A stretch of 64,000 nucleotides of DNA from Phycisphaeraceae bacterium (GCA_963674705.1 OY771506.1:3296001-3360000); one strand, 5' to 3'. Counted from the stretch's first letter, positions 27,199-38,196 are shown. The notes: generated by a model from the letters alone, not told the origin. Made by a program: numbers and translations.

Positions 27199-28743
27199 GT
27201 GGGTCTGTTCGGGTCTGCTTGTTCACCGAACAAGTCGATCCCTTTGTGTGGGAGAAGAGGTTTGGTCCTCAATCTGTTGCGCCTGCTCGCCTGTCGGTTC
27301 CGGCAGGTAGTTGATGTCTTCCTAGTTATCTCATTGATGTTACTCCTGAGCATCCAGACCGCTTATGGTCTGGATGCTTCTAATGTCATGGTGCTCTACA
27401 ACAGCGAAAGTGCTGATGGTCTGCAGATTGCTCAGTACTACACTCAGTTACATCCGGGTGTGAGACTGCTGGCAATTGAAGATGTCGAGGTTGCCGAAGA
27501 AGTATCTCAGGAAGATTACCTGAAGGTGATCCGGCCTCAGGTGCTCGCCGCCCTTAGCGATGAGATCAAGGTTATCGTCACAACCAGGGGGATGCCGCTG
27601 CGTATCCATAACGAAGTCGAAAACCCCGGTACGTATGATGGCTGGCGCGGTGAAGACTACAACGTCCCGATCTTCAATGATTGGTGGAAAACTTATTCAA
27701 GCCTTGAGAGTGAGTTGACCCGCGTCACGTTGATCAATTCGGCCGAGATGATGGGCGATCAAGCGTCGTTTTTGTCTCCGCCGTCTTTTCCGTATCAGAC
27801 GCTTCATCATGCCGCGAATCCCTATTACTGTGCCGATCAGGCGTTCGATTCCAGCACACCCGGTTACGACGGTATGCGCCTGACATCCCGGCTTGATGGC
27901 TTTACCGTGGATGATGTCCTGGCGAGTCTGGATCGGGCTCAGAATGCTTGCATCATTTCAGATCAGCACGCGGTCATTGTCGATGACGATCCTGATGTGC
28001 CGGCCACCAATTCGGACATGATGCCTGAATTGGCTTTGGAGGTGCTGCCTTTCTATGACCAGGACGTGATCTACGATTCCACGGAGATGGATATCTTTGA
28101 CGCCGATGAACCAGTGATTGGTTATGTCGGCCACGGCTCGCATGCCGCCGGCTCCCGATACATTTCCAAGTTTGAATTCGAGCTGGCCGACGGCGCCATC
28201 TTCCAGACATGGGAAAGCTTTAATGCTTACAGTTTCGTCGAGGGCAATAACCTCCATGGTCAGGCGCTGATCGGTGAATGGTTACAGGCCGGCGGGACAG
28301 CCGCCCTCGGCCATGTGGAGGAGCCGGGCGGTATCGGTACACGTAGTGTTGCCCGGGAAGACATCTTCTGGAACATGCTGCTTCAAGGGTACACCTTTGC
28401 GGAAGCCGCATGGGCAGCAACGCCGCAGCTTTCATATGTCAACACGGTAGTGGGTGATCCTCTGATGCAGTTGAAGTATTACTGTGTAGGTGATCTAAAT
28501 CGTGACGGTATCGTCGGATTGGATGACCTGCATTTAGTCTTGATTAATTGGAATACATGGGTAGTCGATGGATACGACCAGGGTGATGTCAACAGCAATG
28601 GATTCATCGGCTTGGATGATCTGGATTTGATATTGGCGTACTGGACTTCCAGCACAGAACCACCACAGATGGTCATCCCCGAGCCCGGCACACTTCTATT
28701 CACGACCGTGATTTGCAGTATCGCAATGATGCGCCGTCACTGA
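27199..28743 (+). CDS. TIGR03790-like protein with paired dockerin-like repeats and PEP-CTERM (start uncertain)
   Basis: VLYNS.S.D...IAQYY; SLESEL; NPYY; SRLDGFT..D....DR; GAIF.T.ESFN; G.VEEP; GYTFAEAAWAA.P.LS....VVGDPL; GDLNRDG..GLDDL x2; IPEPG..MMRRH. Confidence 0.8.
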   Translation: MGLFGSACSPNKSIPLCGRRGLVLNLLRLLACRFRQVVDVFLVISLMLLLSIQTAYGLDASNVMVLYNSESADGLQIAQYYTQLHPGVRLLAIEDVEVAEEVSQEDYLKVIRPQVLAALSDEIKVIVTTRGMPLRIHNEVENPGTYDGWRGEDYNVPIFNDWWKTYSSLESELTRVTLINSAEMMGDQASFLSPPSFPYQTLHHAANPYYCADQAFDSSTPGYDGMRLTSRLDGFTVDDVLASLDRAQNACIISDQHAVIVDDDPDVPATNSDMMPELALEVLPFYDQDVIYDSTEMDIFDADEPVIGYVGHGSHAAGSRYISKFEFELADGAIFQTWESFNAYSFVEGNNLHGQALIGEWLQAGGTAALGHVEEPGGIGTRSVAREDIFWNMLLQGYTFAEAAWAATPQLSYVNTVVGDPLMQLKYYCVGDLNRDGIVGLDDLHLVLINWNTWVVDGYDQGDVNSNGFIGLDDLDLILAYWTSSTEPPQMVIPEPGTLLFTTVICSIAMMRRH

Positions 28744-28764
28744 TCTGCCAGCACCAGTAACCCG

Positions 28765-29982
28765 TTATACCACCGCAGCGCCCACGTTATTGCGGCGTTC
28801 TTGTGCCAGGTCCATCTGCTCCCCGGTCGGGCTATTGCCCGTGGTCATCATGTCGATGAAGCAGTCGAACAGGTATCGAGCATCATGCGGGCCGGGGCTT
28901 GCTTCCGGGTGGTACTGCACCGCAAAGATCGGCTCCGAGCCGTGGCGGAAGCCTTCGAGCGTCCGGTCGTTGAGGTTGATGTGAGTCGGTTCGCCGCCTG
29001 CTTTTTTCAGGCTGTCGATATCGACCGCGAAGCCGTGGTTCTGGCTGGTGATCTCGACCTTCTTGGTATGCAGGTTCTGCACCGGCTGGTTGCCGCCGCG
29101 GTGGCCGAACTTCAGCTTGAACGTCTGGGCGCCCATGGCCAAACTTAATAGCTGATGCCCAAGACAAATCCCGAAGATCGGCAGCTTGCCGCGCAGTTGT
29201 TTGAGGTTCTCGATGGTCTGGATCACCGCCGCCGGATCGCCCGGGCCGTTGGATACGAATAAGCCGTCCGGCTTGTGTTCGAGGATCGCAGAAGGGTCCG
29301 CATCGTATGGCAGGACCGATACATCACATCCTGAGTCAACAAGGTTGCGCAAGATGTTCATCTTGGCCCCACAATCCAGTGCCACGACCTTGAACTGCTT
29401 GCTGGGGGCGGGAACGGCACCCTGGATCGGCGCCCAGTCGCCTAGGTTGTCGCTCCATTGGATCGCCTGGCAGAGACTCACTTCTTTGGCAAGGTTAGCG
29501 CCGACCAAGCCCGGGGCGGCCTTGGCCTTGGCGACAAGCTCCTCATCGCTCAACTTCGGATCGGTCGCCAGCACGCCGTTGAGCGCGCCCTTGGTCCGCA
29601 GCTTCCGTGTCAGGGCCCGTGTGTCGATCCCGGTGATACCGGTCACACCCTGCGTCGCCAGCCAGTCGCTGAGTTCGCTGGTCGCCCGGTAATTGCTGGC
29701 AATGTTGGCTAGTTCACGCACGACAAAGCCGCTGACCTGGGCCCGAGCGGATTCGAGGTCGGCCTCGTTCACGCCGTAGTTGCCGATCAGCGGGCAGGTC
29801 ATGGTGACGATCTGTCCGGAGTAGGACGGGTCGGTCAGGACCTCCTGGTAGCCGCTGAGGGACGTGTTGAAGCACACCTCGGCGTCGATGGCCTTGGGTG
29901 TGGTATCACCAAACGCCTCGCCGACGAAGACGCTGCCGTCCTCCAGAGCGAGCCTTGCTTGTTGTGGGGGATTCTTGCTCAA
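28765..29982 (-). CDS. carA: carbamoyl-phosphate synthase small subunit
   Basis: LALEDG; GYQEVLTDPSY.GQIVT; SNGPGDP; FGICLGHQL; GHRGGNQPV; SQNHGF; VQYHPEASPGPHD. Confidence 0.97.
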   Translation of the reverse strand: MSKNPPQQARLALEDGSVFVGEAFGDTTPKAIDAEVCFNTSLSGYQEVLTDPSYSGQIVTMTCPLIGNYGVNEADLESARAQVSGFVVRELANIASNYRATSELSDWLATQGVTGITGIDTRALTRKLRTKGALNGVLATDPKLSDEELVAKAKAAPGLVGANLAKEVSLCQAIQWSDNLGDWAPIQGAVPAPSKQFKVVALDCGAKMNILRNLVDSGCDVSVLPYDADPSAILEHKPDGLFVSNGPGDPAAVIQTIENLKQLRGKLPIFGICLGHQLLSLAMGAQTFKLKFGHRGGNQPVQNLHTKKVEITSQNHGFAVDIDSLKKAGGEPTHINLNDRTLEGFRHGSEPIFAVQYHPEASPGPHDARYLFDCFIDMMTTGNSPTGEQMDLAQERRNNVGAAVV

Positions 29983-30259
29983 TGTTGTTTTTTCGCTATG
30001 AACTGGGTTTCAGGAGAGTTTTGCGGGATTCTATCGGGGAATTCAGGCCGTGGCTACACTGAAGCCTCCGTTGCCCCAGCCCTATCTAGGGAAGGCAAAG
30101 CGCGAGATGCTTGGGCCGTGATAATTACTCTCATGGGCTTTGATAATATAAACCCATGAATATCTGTAAATCCTTGCTCTCGTTCAGGATCGGGTTATAC
30201 TTGATACTAAAACTCACACGTTTGGGTGACTTTATTCGTCTAAAGATTGCGGGGATCAC

Positions 30260-31600
30260 ATGCACATCACTCGGGGTACTGTATTTGCTGGTATCTGCCT
30301 GGTTTTGCCATGGGGCGACATCCAGCAGGTCCATGCCGCTCCCGTGCCCGGCGTGGCGTGGACCAAGCAGATCGGTACGGTGAATTATGACGCTAGCGAT
30401 TCCGTGGCTGTGGACGCGGCTGGTAACGTCTACATCAGTGGGAGCACCGATGGTGACCTCGGCGGGACCAATGCGGGGGAATGGGATGCCTTCCTGACCA
30501 AGTTCGACCCGGCGGGCAATGAGTTGTGGACCAGGCAGATCGGCTCGATGCAATATGACTTCGGCCAATCTGTGGCGTTGGACGCGGCGGGCAACGCTTA
30601 CATCAGCGGATCCACCAGTGGCAACCTCGGCGGGACCAATTCAGGAAACAGGGATGCCTTCTTGGCCAAGTTCGATCCCGCTGGCAACGAGTTGTGGACC
30701 ATACAGATCGGCTCGACGGAGTGGGACCGCAGCCAGTCCGTGGCGGTGGACGCGGCGGGTAACGCTTATATCAGCGGATCCACCAAAGGCGATCTCGGCG
30801 GGACCAATGCTGGGGGCCAGGATACCTTCCTGGCGAAGTTCGACCCGGATGGTAACGAACTGTGGACCACGCAGATCGGCTCGACGAGATATGACGAATG
30901 TAATGCCGTGGCGGTTGACGCGGCGGGGAACGCCTATATCAGCGGATTCACCGACGGCGACCTCGGAGGGCCCAATGTGGGTTACGTCAATGCCTTCCTG
31001 ACCAAGCTCGACCCGGCGGGCAACGAGCTGTGGTCCACGCAAATCGGCACGACGAGCCGTGACGAAAGTAATGCCGTGGCCGTGGACGCAGCGGGCAACC
31101 TCTACATCAGCGGAATCACTTACGGTGATCTCGGCGCAGCCAACGCGGGTTATGGAGGTTTGTTTCCGACCACCGACGCCTTCTTGACCAAGTTCGACCC
31201 GACGGGCAACGAGCTGTGGTCCAGGCAGATCGGCACGACGAGTTATGACGAATGTAATGCCGTGGCGGTGGACGCGGCTGGCAATGCTTACATCAGCGGA
31301 TCCACCGGAGGGGACCTCGGAGGGCCCAATGCGGGTTCCGCCGATGCATACCTGATCAAGTTTGACCCGTATGGTAACGAGCTGTGGTCCACGCAGATCG
31401 GTACGACGAGTTCAGACTACGGCGCATCCGTGGCCGTGGACGCAGCGGGCCACGCCTATATCAGCGGGGCTACCTCCGGCTACCTCGACGGGACCAATAT
31501 GGGGGACAGCGATGCCTTCCTGATCAAGTTCGAGATCCCCGAGCCGGCGTCTGTGGCGCCGTTGGTACTGAGTTTGCCAGTGTTGTTGCGTTGCCGATAA
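30260..31600 (+). CDS. SBBP-type seven-repeat beta-propeller protein with PEP-CTERM
   Basis: Seven ~56-aa repeats W..QIG....D....VAVDAAGN.YISG.T.G.LGG.N.G..DAFL.KFDP.GNEL; C-terminus IPEPAS...LLRCR. Confidence 0.9.
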   Translation: MHITRGTVFAGICLVLPWGDIQQVHAAPVPGVAWTKQIGTVNYDASDSVAVDAAGNVYISGSTDGDLGGTNAGEWDAFLTKFDPAGNELWTRQIGSMQYDFGQSVALDAAGNAYISGSTSGNLGGTNSGNRDAFLAKFDPAGNELWTIQIGSTEWDRSQSVAVDAAGNAYISGSTKGDLGGTNAGGQDTFLAKFDPDGNELWTTQIGSTRYDECNAVAVDAAGNAYISGFTDGDLGGPNVGYVNAFLTKLDPAGNELWSTQIGTTSRDESNAVAVDAAGNLYISGITYGDLGAANAGYGGLFPTTDAFLTKFDPTGNELWSRQIGTTSYDECNAVAVDAAGNAYISGSTGGDLGGPNAGSADAYLIKFDPYGNELWSTQIGTTSSDYGASVAVDAAGHAYISGATSGYLDGTNMGDSDAFLIKFEIPEPASVAPLVLSLPVLLRCR

Positions 31601-31697
31601 GCCTCGTGGGGTGTCTACTTTCAGTTTTGTTTCACGGTCGATCTCTGATCTTTGTGTCTGGCGCGCGACCAGGAGAGGCGCGGCTATTGAGAGTGGC

Positions 31698-32558
31698 TCA
31701 ATCCTCGATCAGCCTCGGGTCAGGTGGCGGTTCGTGTGGCAGCAGCAGCCTCCGGCCCTTGCGTTGGCTGCGGTCACCGTACGACGGGTCCAGATTCAGT
31801 TGCTCGTTCGGCGCTGGCAGCGGTTCACCCTTCAAACACTTATCCGCACGCTCGGCGGTGTCTTCCAGCAGCAGTTGTGCCTGCGATCGCATCCGCTCGA
31901 ATTCTTCGCTGTCGCTTGCTTCTTTGTTCCGGAGGATCGGCCCTTCCAGCACGATCACGATTTTGCCGAACGGCAGGGGGACGCGCGTTTTATCCCAACT
32001 CGGTAGATGTAACACGGGCTTACATACGAGATGCGTCGCAAAGATCGGCATGTCGGTTTCCATCGCCAGGCCGATGATTCCGGGTTTCATGATGCGTGCC
32101 GGGCCGTGCGAGCCGTCGACGGTCAGGGCGAGAACGACCTCCTTGCGTTTTTTCAGGTAGCTGACAAGTTGTTGGAGTATCGGCGTTCGACGGCTCTTGC
32201 CACGTGATGAGCCGCCGCGAAACACGTGATACTTTTGAAGATTTAATACAGCCGTGATGACCTCGCCGATATCGCTTCGGCTGGCGAGCGTGGTGGGGCG
32301 CAGTTCGCGGCAGCATCGGCCGGCAAGGATCGCGTTGTCGTGCCAGATGGCGACGACGACGTTGCCATGCTTTAAGACCGCTCTAACACCCCGGCCCATG
32401 CCATAACTCTCGACCCGGCTCGTGTGCCAGACCAGGCCCATGTACAGGTAATAAAGCAGGCCGATCACGCGCGCCGTGACCCACACAGCAGGCTTACTGA
32501 GCTTTTTACGCGTTTGCCGCGAGTGATACTTGATGTGCCAGAAGATTCTTGGAGCCAT
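31698..32558 (-). CDS. DUF374 / lysophospholipid acyltransferase family protein
   Basis: VAIWH; LAS.S.IGE; RGGSSRG; TVDGS.GP....KPG...LA; SWD...VPLPF. Confidence 0.85.
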   Translation of the reverse strand: MAPRIFWHIKYHSRQTRKKLSKPAVWVTARVIGLLYYLYMGLVWHTSRVESYGMGRGVRAVLKHGNVVVAIWHDNAILAGRCCRELRPTTLASRSDIGEVITAVLNLQKYHVFRGGSSRGKSRRTPILQQLVSYLKKRKEVVLALTVDGSHGPARIMKPGIIGLAMETDMPIFATHLVCKPVLHLPSWDKTRVPLPFGKIVIVLEGPILRNKEASDSEEFERMRSQAQLLLEDTAERADKCLKGEPLPAPNEQLNLDPSYGDRSQRKGRRLLLPHEPPPDPRLIED

Positions 32559-32579
32559 GAGTGTGCCGGGAAAAACTCA

Positions 32580-32698
32580 CTCCTTCTCCCCTTGGGAGAG
32601 GGCCGGGGTGAGGACCTCTGTTCGTTGTTTGCCGGGAGAGAATACGATCACGCAATCCACCCGGCCCTCACCCTAATCCTCTCCCGGGGGGAGAGTGG
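32580..32698. repeat. inverted doublet of the CCCTCACCC/GGGAGAGGG REP family
   Basis: ttctccccttgggagagggccggggtgagg ... ggccctcaccctaatcctctcccggggggagag. Confidence 0.85.
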
Positions 32699-32717
32699 AT
32701 AAGGCAAATGATAACGC

Positions 32718-32749
32718 AAAAAAAACAACCCGGCCTTTCGGCCGGGTTG
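32718..32749 (-). terminator. intrinsic terminator of gap
   Basis: Minus strand caacccggcc-gaaa-ggccgggttg followed by T8. Confidence 0.85.
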
Positions 32750-32775
32750 CGTGGTGTGCTTGATCGGGGGATCGA

Positions 32776-33984
<1,209 letters not shown>

Positions 33985-34042
33985 TCAAGACGTGATGTAA
34001 CGCTAGACTCAGCCGTCCATAATTCTATAAGAGGCGCGTAGT

Positions 34043-35098
34043 ATGCCACGACGATTAGTACTGTTAACTGAAGGTTCGGCCCGGACGCTGCGGGCGAAGA
34101 CGGCTGTAAGTCTTTTGCGATACAGGCCCCAGCAGGTGGTTGCTGTGCTCGACGCCGAGGAAGCCGGCCAGACCGCTCAGCAGCTGTTCGATGTCGGCGG
34201 GGATATTCCCGTGGTCGGGTCGCTGGACGAGGTGCAAGGTGCTGACACACTTTTAATAGGAATTGCCACGCCCGGCGGATTCCTGCCCGAACCAATGCGG
34301 GCCGTGATCCTCGATGCCATCAGCCGGGGCCTGAACGTCGAGGCCGGACTGCACGCATTCTTGAGTGACGATCCGGAGATATCTCAGGCCGCTTATGCTG
34401 CGGGTGTCACGCTCAAGGATGTACGAAAGAACCAGGAAAGGCGCGTCACCTCCCGCACGGAGTTGAACGATACCTGCCTGCGGCTGCACACCGTGGGCCA
34501 CGACTGCTCCGTCGGCAAGATGATCGTTTCGATCGAGTTGACCAACGCTCTCAAGAAGGCGGGCCACGATGCCAAGTTCGTCGCCACTGGGCAGACGGGC
34601 ATCATGATCGAGGGCGACGGCATCCCGATCGACTGTGTCGTCGCCGACTTCATTAACGGAGCGGCCGAGAAACTCGTGCTCGATCACCAGCATCATGAGA
34701 TGATCCTCATCGAGGGCCAGGGCAGCCTCGTCCAGCCACGTTACAGTTCCGTCACGATGGGTCTGCTGCACGGCTCAGCGCCGCACGGGCTTATCATGTG
34801 TTACGAAATGGGCCGAGAGAAAGTCTACGGCATGGACCACCTGACCATCCCGCCGCTGGCGGAGATCATGAAGCGGTTTGAGTGTGCTGCGGACTACGAC
34901 TACCCGACGAAGTTCATCGGCATCGCGATGAATACCAAGAATGTCAAGAACCTCGACGCGATCGAAGACGAACGCAAACGCTTGCGGGATCAGTTCGGCC
35001 TGCCGGTGTGTGATGTGATCCGTCACGGCTGCGATGAACTGATCGAGGCAGCACGTAAACTGCAGAAAGAACTACGAGGTAGTGGGGTGCTCAAGTGA
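34043..35098 (+). CDS. DUF1611 family protein (DgcN-like putative D-glutamate N-acetyltransferase)
   Basis: AKTA...LRY; LIGIA..GG.LP; GLH.FL; VG.DC.VGKM; ATGQTGI.I.G.G...D.VV.DF..GA.E; EGQGSL..P.YS.VT.GLLHGS.P. Confidence 0.88.
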   Translation: MPRRLVLLTEGSARTLRAKTAVSLLRYRPQQVVAVLDAEEAGQTAQQLFDVGGDIPVVGSLDEVQGADTLLIGIATPGGFLPEPMRAVILDAISRGLNVEAGLHAFLSDDPEISQAAYAAGVTLKDVRKNQERRVTSRTELNDTCLRLHTVGHDCSVGKMIVSIELTNALKKAGHDAKFVATGQTGIMIEGDGIPIDCVVADFINGAAEKLVLDHQHHEMILIEGQGSLVQPRYSSVTMGLLHGSAPHGLIMCYEMGREKVYGMDHLTIPPLAEIMKRFECAADYDYPTKFIGIAMNTKNVKNLDAIEDERKRLRDQFGLPVCDVIRHGCDELIEAARKLQKELRGSGVLK

Positions 35099-36123
35099 AA
35101 CTGACGCTGCACGAAGCCAACATCCCGATCCGCCACCCATGGACCACGAGCCACGGCACGCGGACCCATCAACGCAACCTGATCGTCGAACTTTCCGACG
35201 ATGGTCTGAGCGGCTTCGGCGAAGGCGCTTCCATCCCGTACTACGGCGTGACGTACGACACCATGAGCGCTGCGCTTGAAGCTGTTCGCTCAAAGATCGA
35301 AAGCGCGACGATCGATGACCCCGCCAAGTTCTGGGACGTGTTCCACCCGCTATTGAAAGACCAGATGTTCGCGCTGTGCGCCCTGGATGAAGCGGCGACT
35401 GACCTGTGGGGCAAGAAGCAGGGTAAGCGTGTCTACGAGCTTTGGGGCCTGGATATGAGCCTCGCGCCGCTCAGCGACTACACGATCGGCATCGACACGA
35501 TCGAGAAAATGGTCGCGAAGATGCAGGAATTCGCGGGCTGGCCGATCTACAAGATCAAACTCGGTACCGATGAAGACATCGAGATCGTACGTGCCCTGCG
35601 CGAGCAGACTGATGCGGTCTTTCGCATTGATGCCAACTGTGGCTGGAATGCGCAGCAGACGATTGATAATTCCAAGGCTCTGAAGGAGCTGGGCGTGGAG
35701 TTTCTCGAGCAGCCGCTGCCGGCAGATGACTGGGACGGGATGAAAAAGGTCTACGCTGAGTCGGTCCTGCCGATCATCGCGGATGAAAGCTGCATCCTCG
35801 AAGCCGACGTCGCCAGGTGCAAGGGATACTTCCACGGCGTCAACGTCAAACTTACCAAGTGCGGCGGCCAAACCCCCGCCAGACGCATGCTCGCACAGGC
35901 CCGTGAACTGGGCATGAAAACCATGGTCGGCTGCATGACCGAAACCAGCGTCGGGATCAGCGCGATCGCGCAACTGCTGCCCATGCTGGATTACGTTGAT
36001 ATGGATGGCGCTTTGCTGCTTGCCGGCGATGTGGCGGATGGCGTGACGATCGACAAGGGTAAAGTCAGTTTGCCCAATACGCCCGGTAACGGCATCACCT
36101 GGCGCGGCGTACTCGAAGCGTGA
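35095..36123 (+). CDS. enolase-superfamily dipeptide epimerase / N-acetyl-amino acid racemase (DgcA-like)
   Basis: YKIKLG; RIDAN.GW; EQPL; ADESC; NVKLTKCGG; MVGCM.E; DMDG; overlaps the upstream stop (GTGA). Confidence 0.9.
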   Translation: MKLTLHEANIPIRHPWTTSHGTRTHQRNLIVELSDDGLSGFGEGASIPYYGVTYDTMSAALEAVRSKIESATIDDPAKFWDVFHPLLKDQMFALCALDEAATDLWGKKQGKRVYELWGLDMSLAPLSDYTIGIDTIEKMVAKMQEFAGWPIYKIKLGTDEDIEIVRALREQTDAVFRIDANCGWNAQQTIDNSKALKELGVEFLEQPLPADDWDGMKKVYAESVLPIIADESCILEADVARCKGYFHGVNVKLTKCGGQTPARRMLAQARELGMKTMVGCMTETSVGISAIAQLLPMLDYVDMDGALLLAGDVADGVTIDKGKVSLPNTPGNGITWRGVLEA

Positions 36124-36139
36124 ATATATTCCGGTCCGT

Positions 36140-36260
36140 TCTCCCCTCGGGAGCCCCCGGAGTTGGTTAGGATGAGGGCCGGGTGGATGATGCGATCAAT
36201 CAGGTAAAGATCGCATAAATGACTAGCCCTCACCCCGGCCCTCTCCCAAGTGGAGAGGGG
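36140..36260. repeat. inverted doublet of the CCCTCACCC/GGGAGAGGG REP family
   Basis: ggttaggatgagggccggg ... agccctcaccccggccctctcccaagtggagagggg. Confidence 0.8.
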
Positions 36261-36289
36261 GTAAGTGTTACGAACATTTGTGAATGTAA

Positions 36290-37402
36290 TCACACCTGGT
36301 CGAAACGCAATACCAGGTCAAACATCTCTGCGTCGATTTCGTGGCCGACGCCGACGTCTTTGATCATCGCCAATTTCAGACTGTCGCAGGTGAACCTGGC
36401 ATCGTAATTGGTCTCGATTGCCCGGCCCATGCCTTCCAGCACGCACAGGTCCACCTTGCGTCGTGTCACCGCATCTGCAAGGTCCGGGTTGATCTGCATC
36501 AGGTCAATCAGCGGGGCCTTGTTGCCGCTGGTGACCAGCTCCAACTGCTGCGACTTCAGTGCGTCTGCGATGATGGTGTCATACTTTGCGATCTTGTCGA
36601 TCAGTTCAACCAACTCGTCATGCGTGACGTCGTTGAGTGTGGGCGTCTGGTTAGCGGTCAGCACGACGCCGATGTCGGTACGCAATAACTCACGCACAAA
36701 CGGGACCATCCCCAGCAGCACATCCGGTCCGGCATTGTCAACGAACACCACGGCACAGTTGTACTTCGGCCCGTACAGCCAGCGGTCGGTCCATTCATCC
36801 AGGTTGTCATAGAACCACGGCCGATCCTTGAGTTTCTTCAAGGTGACATGGAAGTCGACGCTGTCTTCTTTGAACATTTCGTTGGTCTTGACCGCACCCA
36901 GATCGAAAAGGTTGCCGGCAAAGATGCCGCGCATAATCCGCTCGATGCGGGCATTGCCTTCAAGGGAATCGATCTCTTGAAGCACCTTGGGCAGTAGCGC
37001 CAGCGCGATCTCGTTTTCCTGCTCCTTGGCCAAGCGGTAGGGGTCCGGGATACGGGCGTTTCGCAGGCTGCGTTCGCGGGCGTTGCAGATCGCCAGCACC
37101 GTGAGTCGGCCGAACACATCCGGCTCGGCTTCGATCTGCTTGAGGTACGCACCGAACGAGGCATGGGCCTGGGCGCATTGCGTGTCGGCTTCTTCCCGGG
37201 TCAATCCACGGTCCAAAGCATCGACAACCGCCCGGTCCAGCAGGTCCTTGTAGTGGTCGCGGAACAACTGCAACCAGTATTCTCTTCCCTGGTCTGTGTC
37301 GCACAGATTCAAACTGCAACAGACGTAGTTTTCCGGGTCCGCCAGCAGGGGGAACGCCACGGTCTTATCTTCGGCCTCGCTAGGTACTAATGTTTCAGGC
37401 AT
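36290..37402 (-). CDS. DUF89/ARMT1-like damage-control phosphatase (PANK4 C-terminal-like subfamily)
   Basis: DPY...K..EN..AL; GIFAGNLFDLG; RPW..D; FVDNAG.D..LG; AN..P.LNDVT; LEGMGRAIETN. Confidence 0.85.
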   Translation of the reverse strand: MPETLVPSEAEDKTVAFPLLADPENYVCCSLNLCDTDQGREYWLQLFRDHYKDLLDRAVVDALDRGLTREEADTQCAQAHASFGAYLKQIEAEPDVFGRLTVLAICNARERSLRNARIPDPYRLAKEQENEIALALLPKVLQEIDSLEGNARIERIMRGIFAGNLFDLGAVKTNEMFKEDSVDFHVTLKKLKDRPWFYDNLDEWTDRWLYGPKYNCAVVFVDNAGPDVLLGMVPFVRELLRTDIGVVLTANQTPTLNDVTHDELVELIDKIAKYDTIIADALKSQQLELVTSGNKAPLIDLMQINPDLADAVTRRKVDLCVLEGMGRAIETNYDARFTCDSLKLAMIKDVGVGHEIDAEMFDLVLRFDQV

Positions 37403-37447
37403 GGGGGGAGTTTAGTCGGTAGAGGTTAGTAAGTAGTGAGTGGTGTT

Positions 37448-37521
37448 TGTAAAGCCGCGACCAGTGGTCGCGCTCTGCATAATCACCATACAAACGCGCG
37501 GCCAATGGCCGCGGCAATACA
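37448..37521. repeat. REP doublet, TGTAAAGCCGCGACC..GGTCGCG family
   Basis: tgtaaagccgcgaccagtggtcgcgct ... cgcgcggccaatggccgcggcaataca; second doublet at 43769-43847. Confidence 0.8.
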
Positions 37522-37535
37522 TTTATTTATGGGCT

Positions 37536-38177
37536 TTATAAACCCACAAAGTTCGACAGAATCTTCATCCCCACACGTTGGGACTTTTCCGGGTGGAACT
37601 GTGTGGCGAAGATCATATCGCGGTGGACCGAAGCGCAGAAGTCGCCGCCGTAATCGGCCCGGGCCGAGATGTCGGACGTTTCTGCGGGCTGCGCGTAATA
37701 GCTGTGGACGAAGTAGACGGCCGAGCCCTGGTCAAGCCCTTCGAGGATCGGGTCGGGCCGGTCCCACTTCAGCCCGTTCCAGCCCATGTGCGGGACTTTT
37801 ACACGCATTCCGCCTCGTTCATTATCAAACAGCACAACCTTGCCCGGCAAGATCCCCAAGCCCGGCACAAGCCCGTCAGGCGGGGCGTCTTCTTCCGAGC
37901 CCTCGAAAAACAGTTGCATCCCCAGACAGATCCCAAGCAGCGGCTTGCCACTTTTTGCATACGCTCGGATCGGATCGGACAGACCCAACTCATCCAGGAA
38001 CCTGATCCCATCGCCGAACGCACCGACACCCGGCAGGATCAGCTTTTCAGCCTGCTCGATCTGCTGCGGTGTATTGATGATCTGCGCGGCTCCGCCCACA
38101 TGCTCGATCGCCTTCTGGACACTGCGAAGGTTGCCCATGCGGTAATCAATAATGGCGATGGGCGATGAGTCGGCCAT
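37536..38177 (-). CDS. hisH: imidazole glycerol phosphate synthase glutaminase subunit
   Basis: IIDY.MGNL.SV; LPGVGAF; GICLGMQ; VPHMGWN; YFVHSY; QFHPEKS. Confidence 0.96.
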   Translation of the reverse strand: MADSSPIAIIDYRMGNLRSVQKAIEHVGGAAQIINTPQQIEQAEKLILPGVGAFGDGIRFLDELGLSDPIRAYAKSGKPLLGICLGMQLFFEGSEEDAPPDGLVPGLGILPGKVVLFDNERGGMRVKVPHMGWNGLKWDRPDPILEGLDQGSAVYFVHSYYAQPAETSDISARADYGGDFCASVHRDMIFATQFHPEKSQRVGMKILSNFVGL

Positions 38178-38196
38178 AGGTCTACTGTCTGCTTCT

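Noticed and set aside
30350..31535. Regularly spaced DNA repeats as a possible CRISPR array
   Set aside because: 168-bp in-frame coding repeats of a propeller protein; no repeat-spacer structure and no cas genes.
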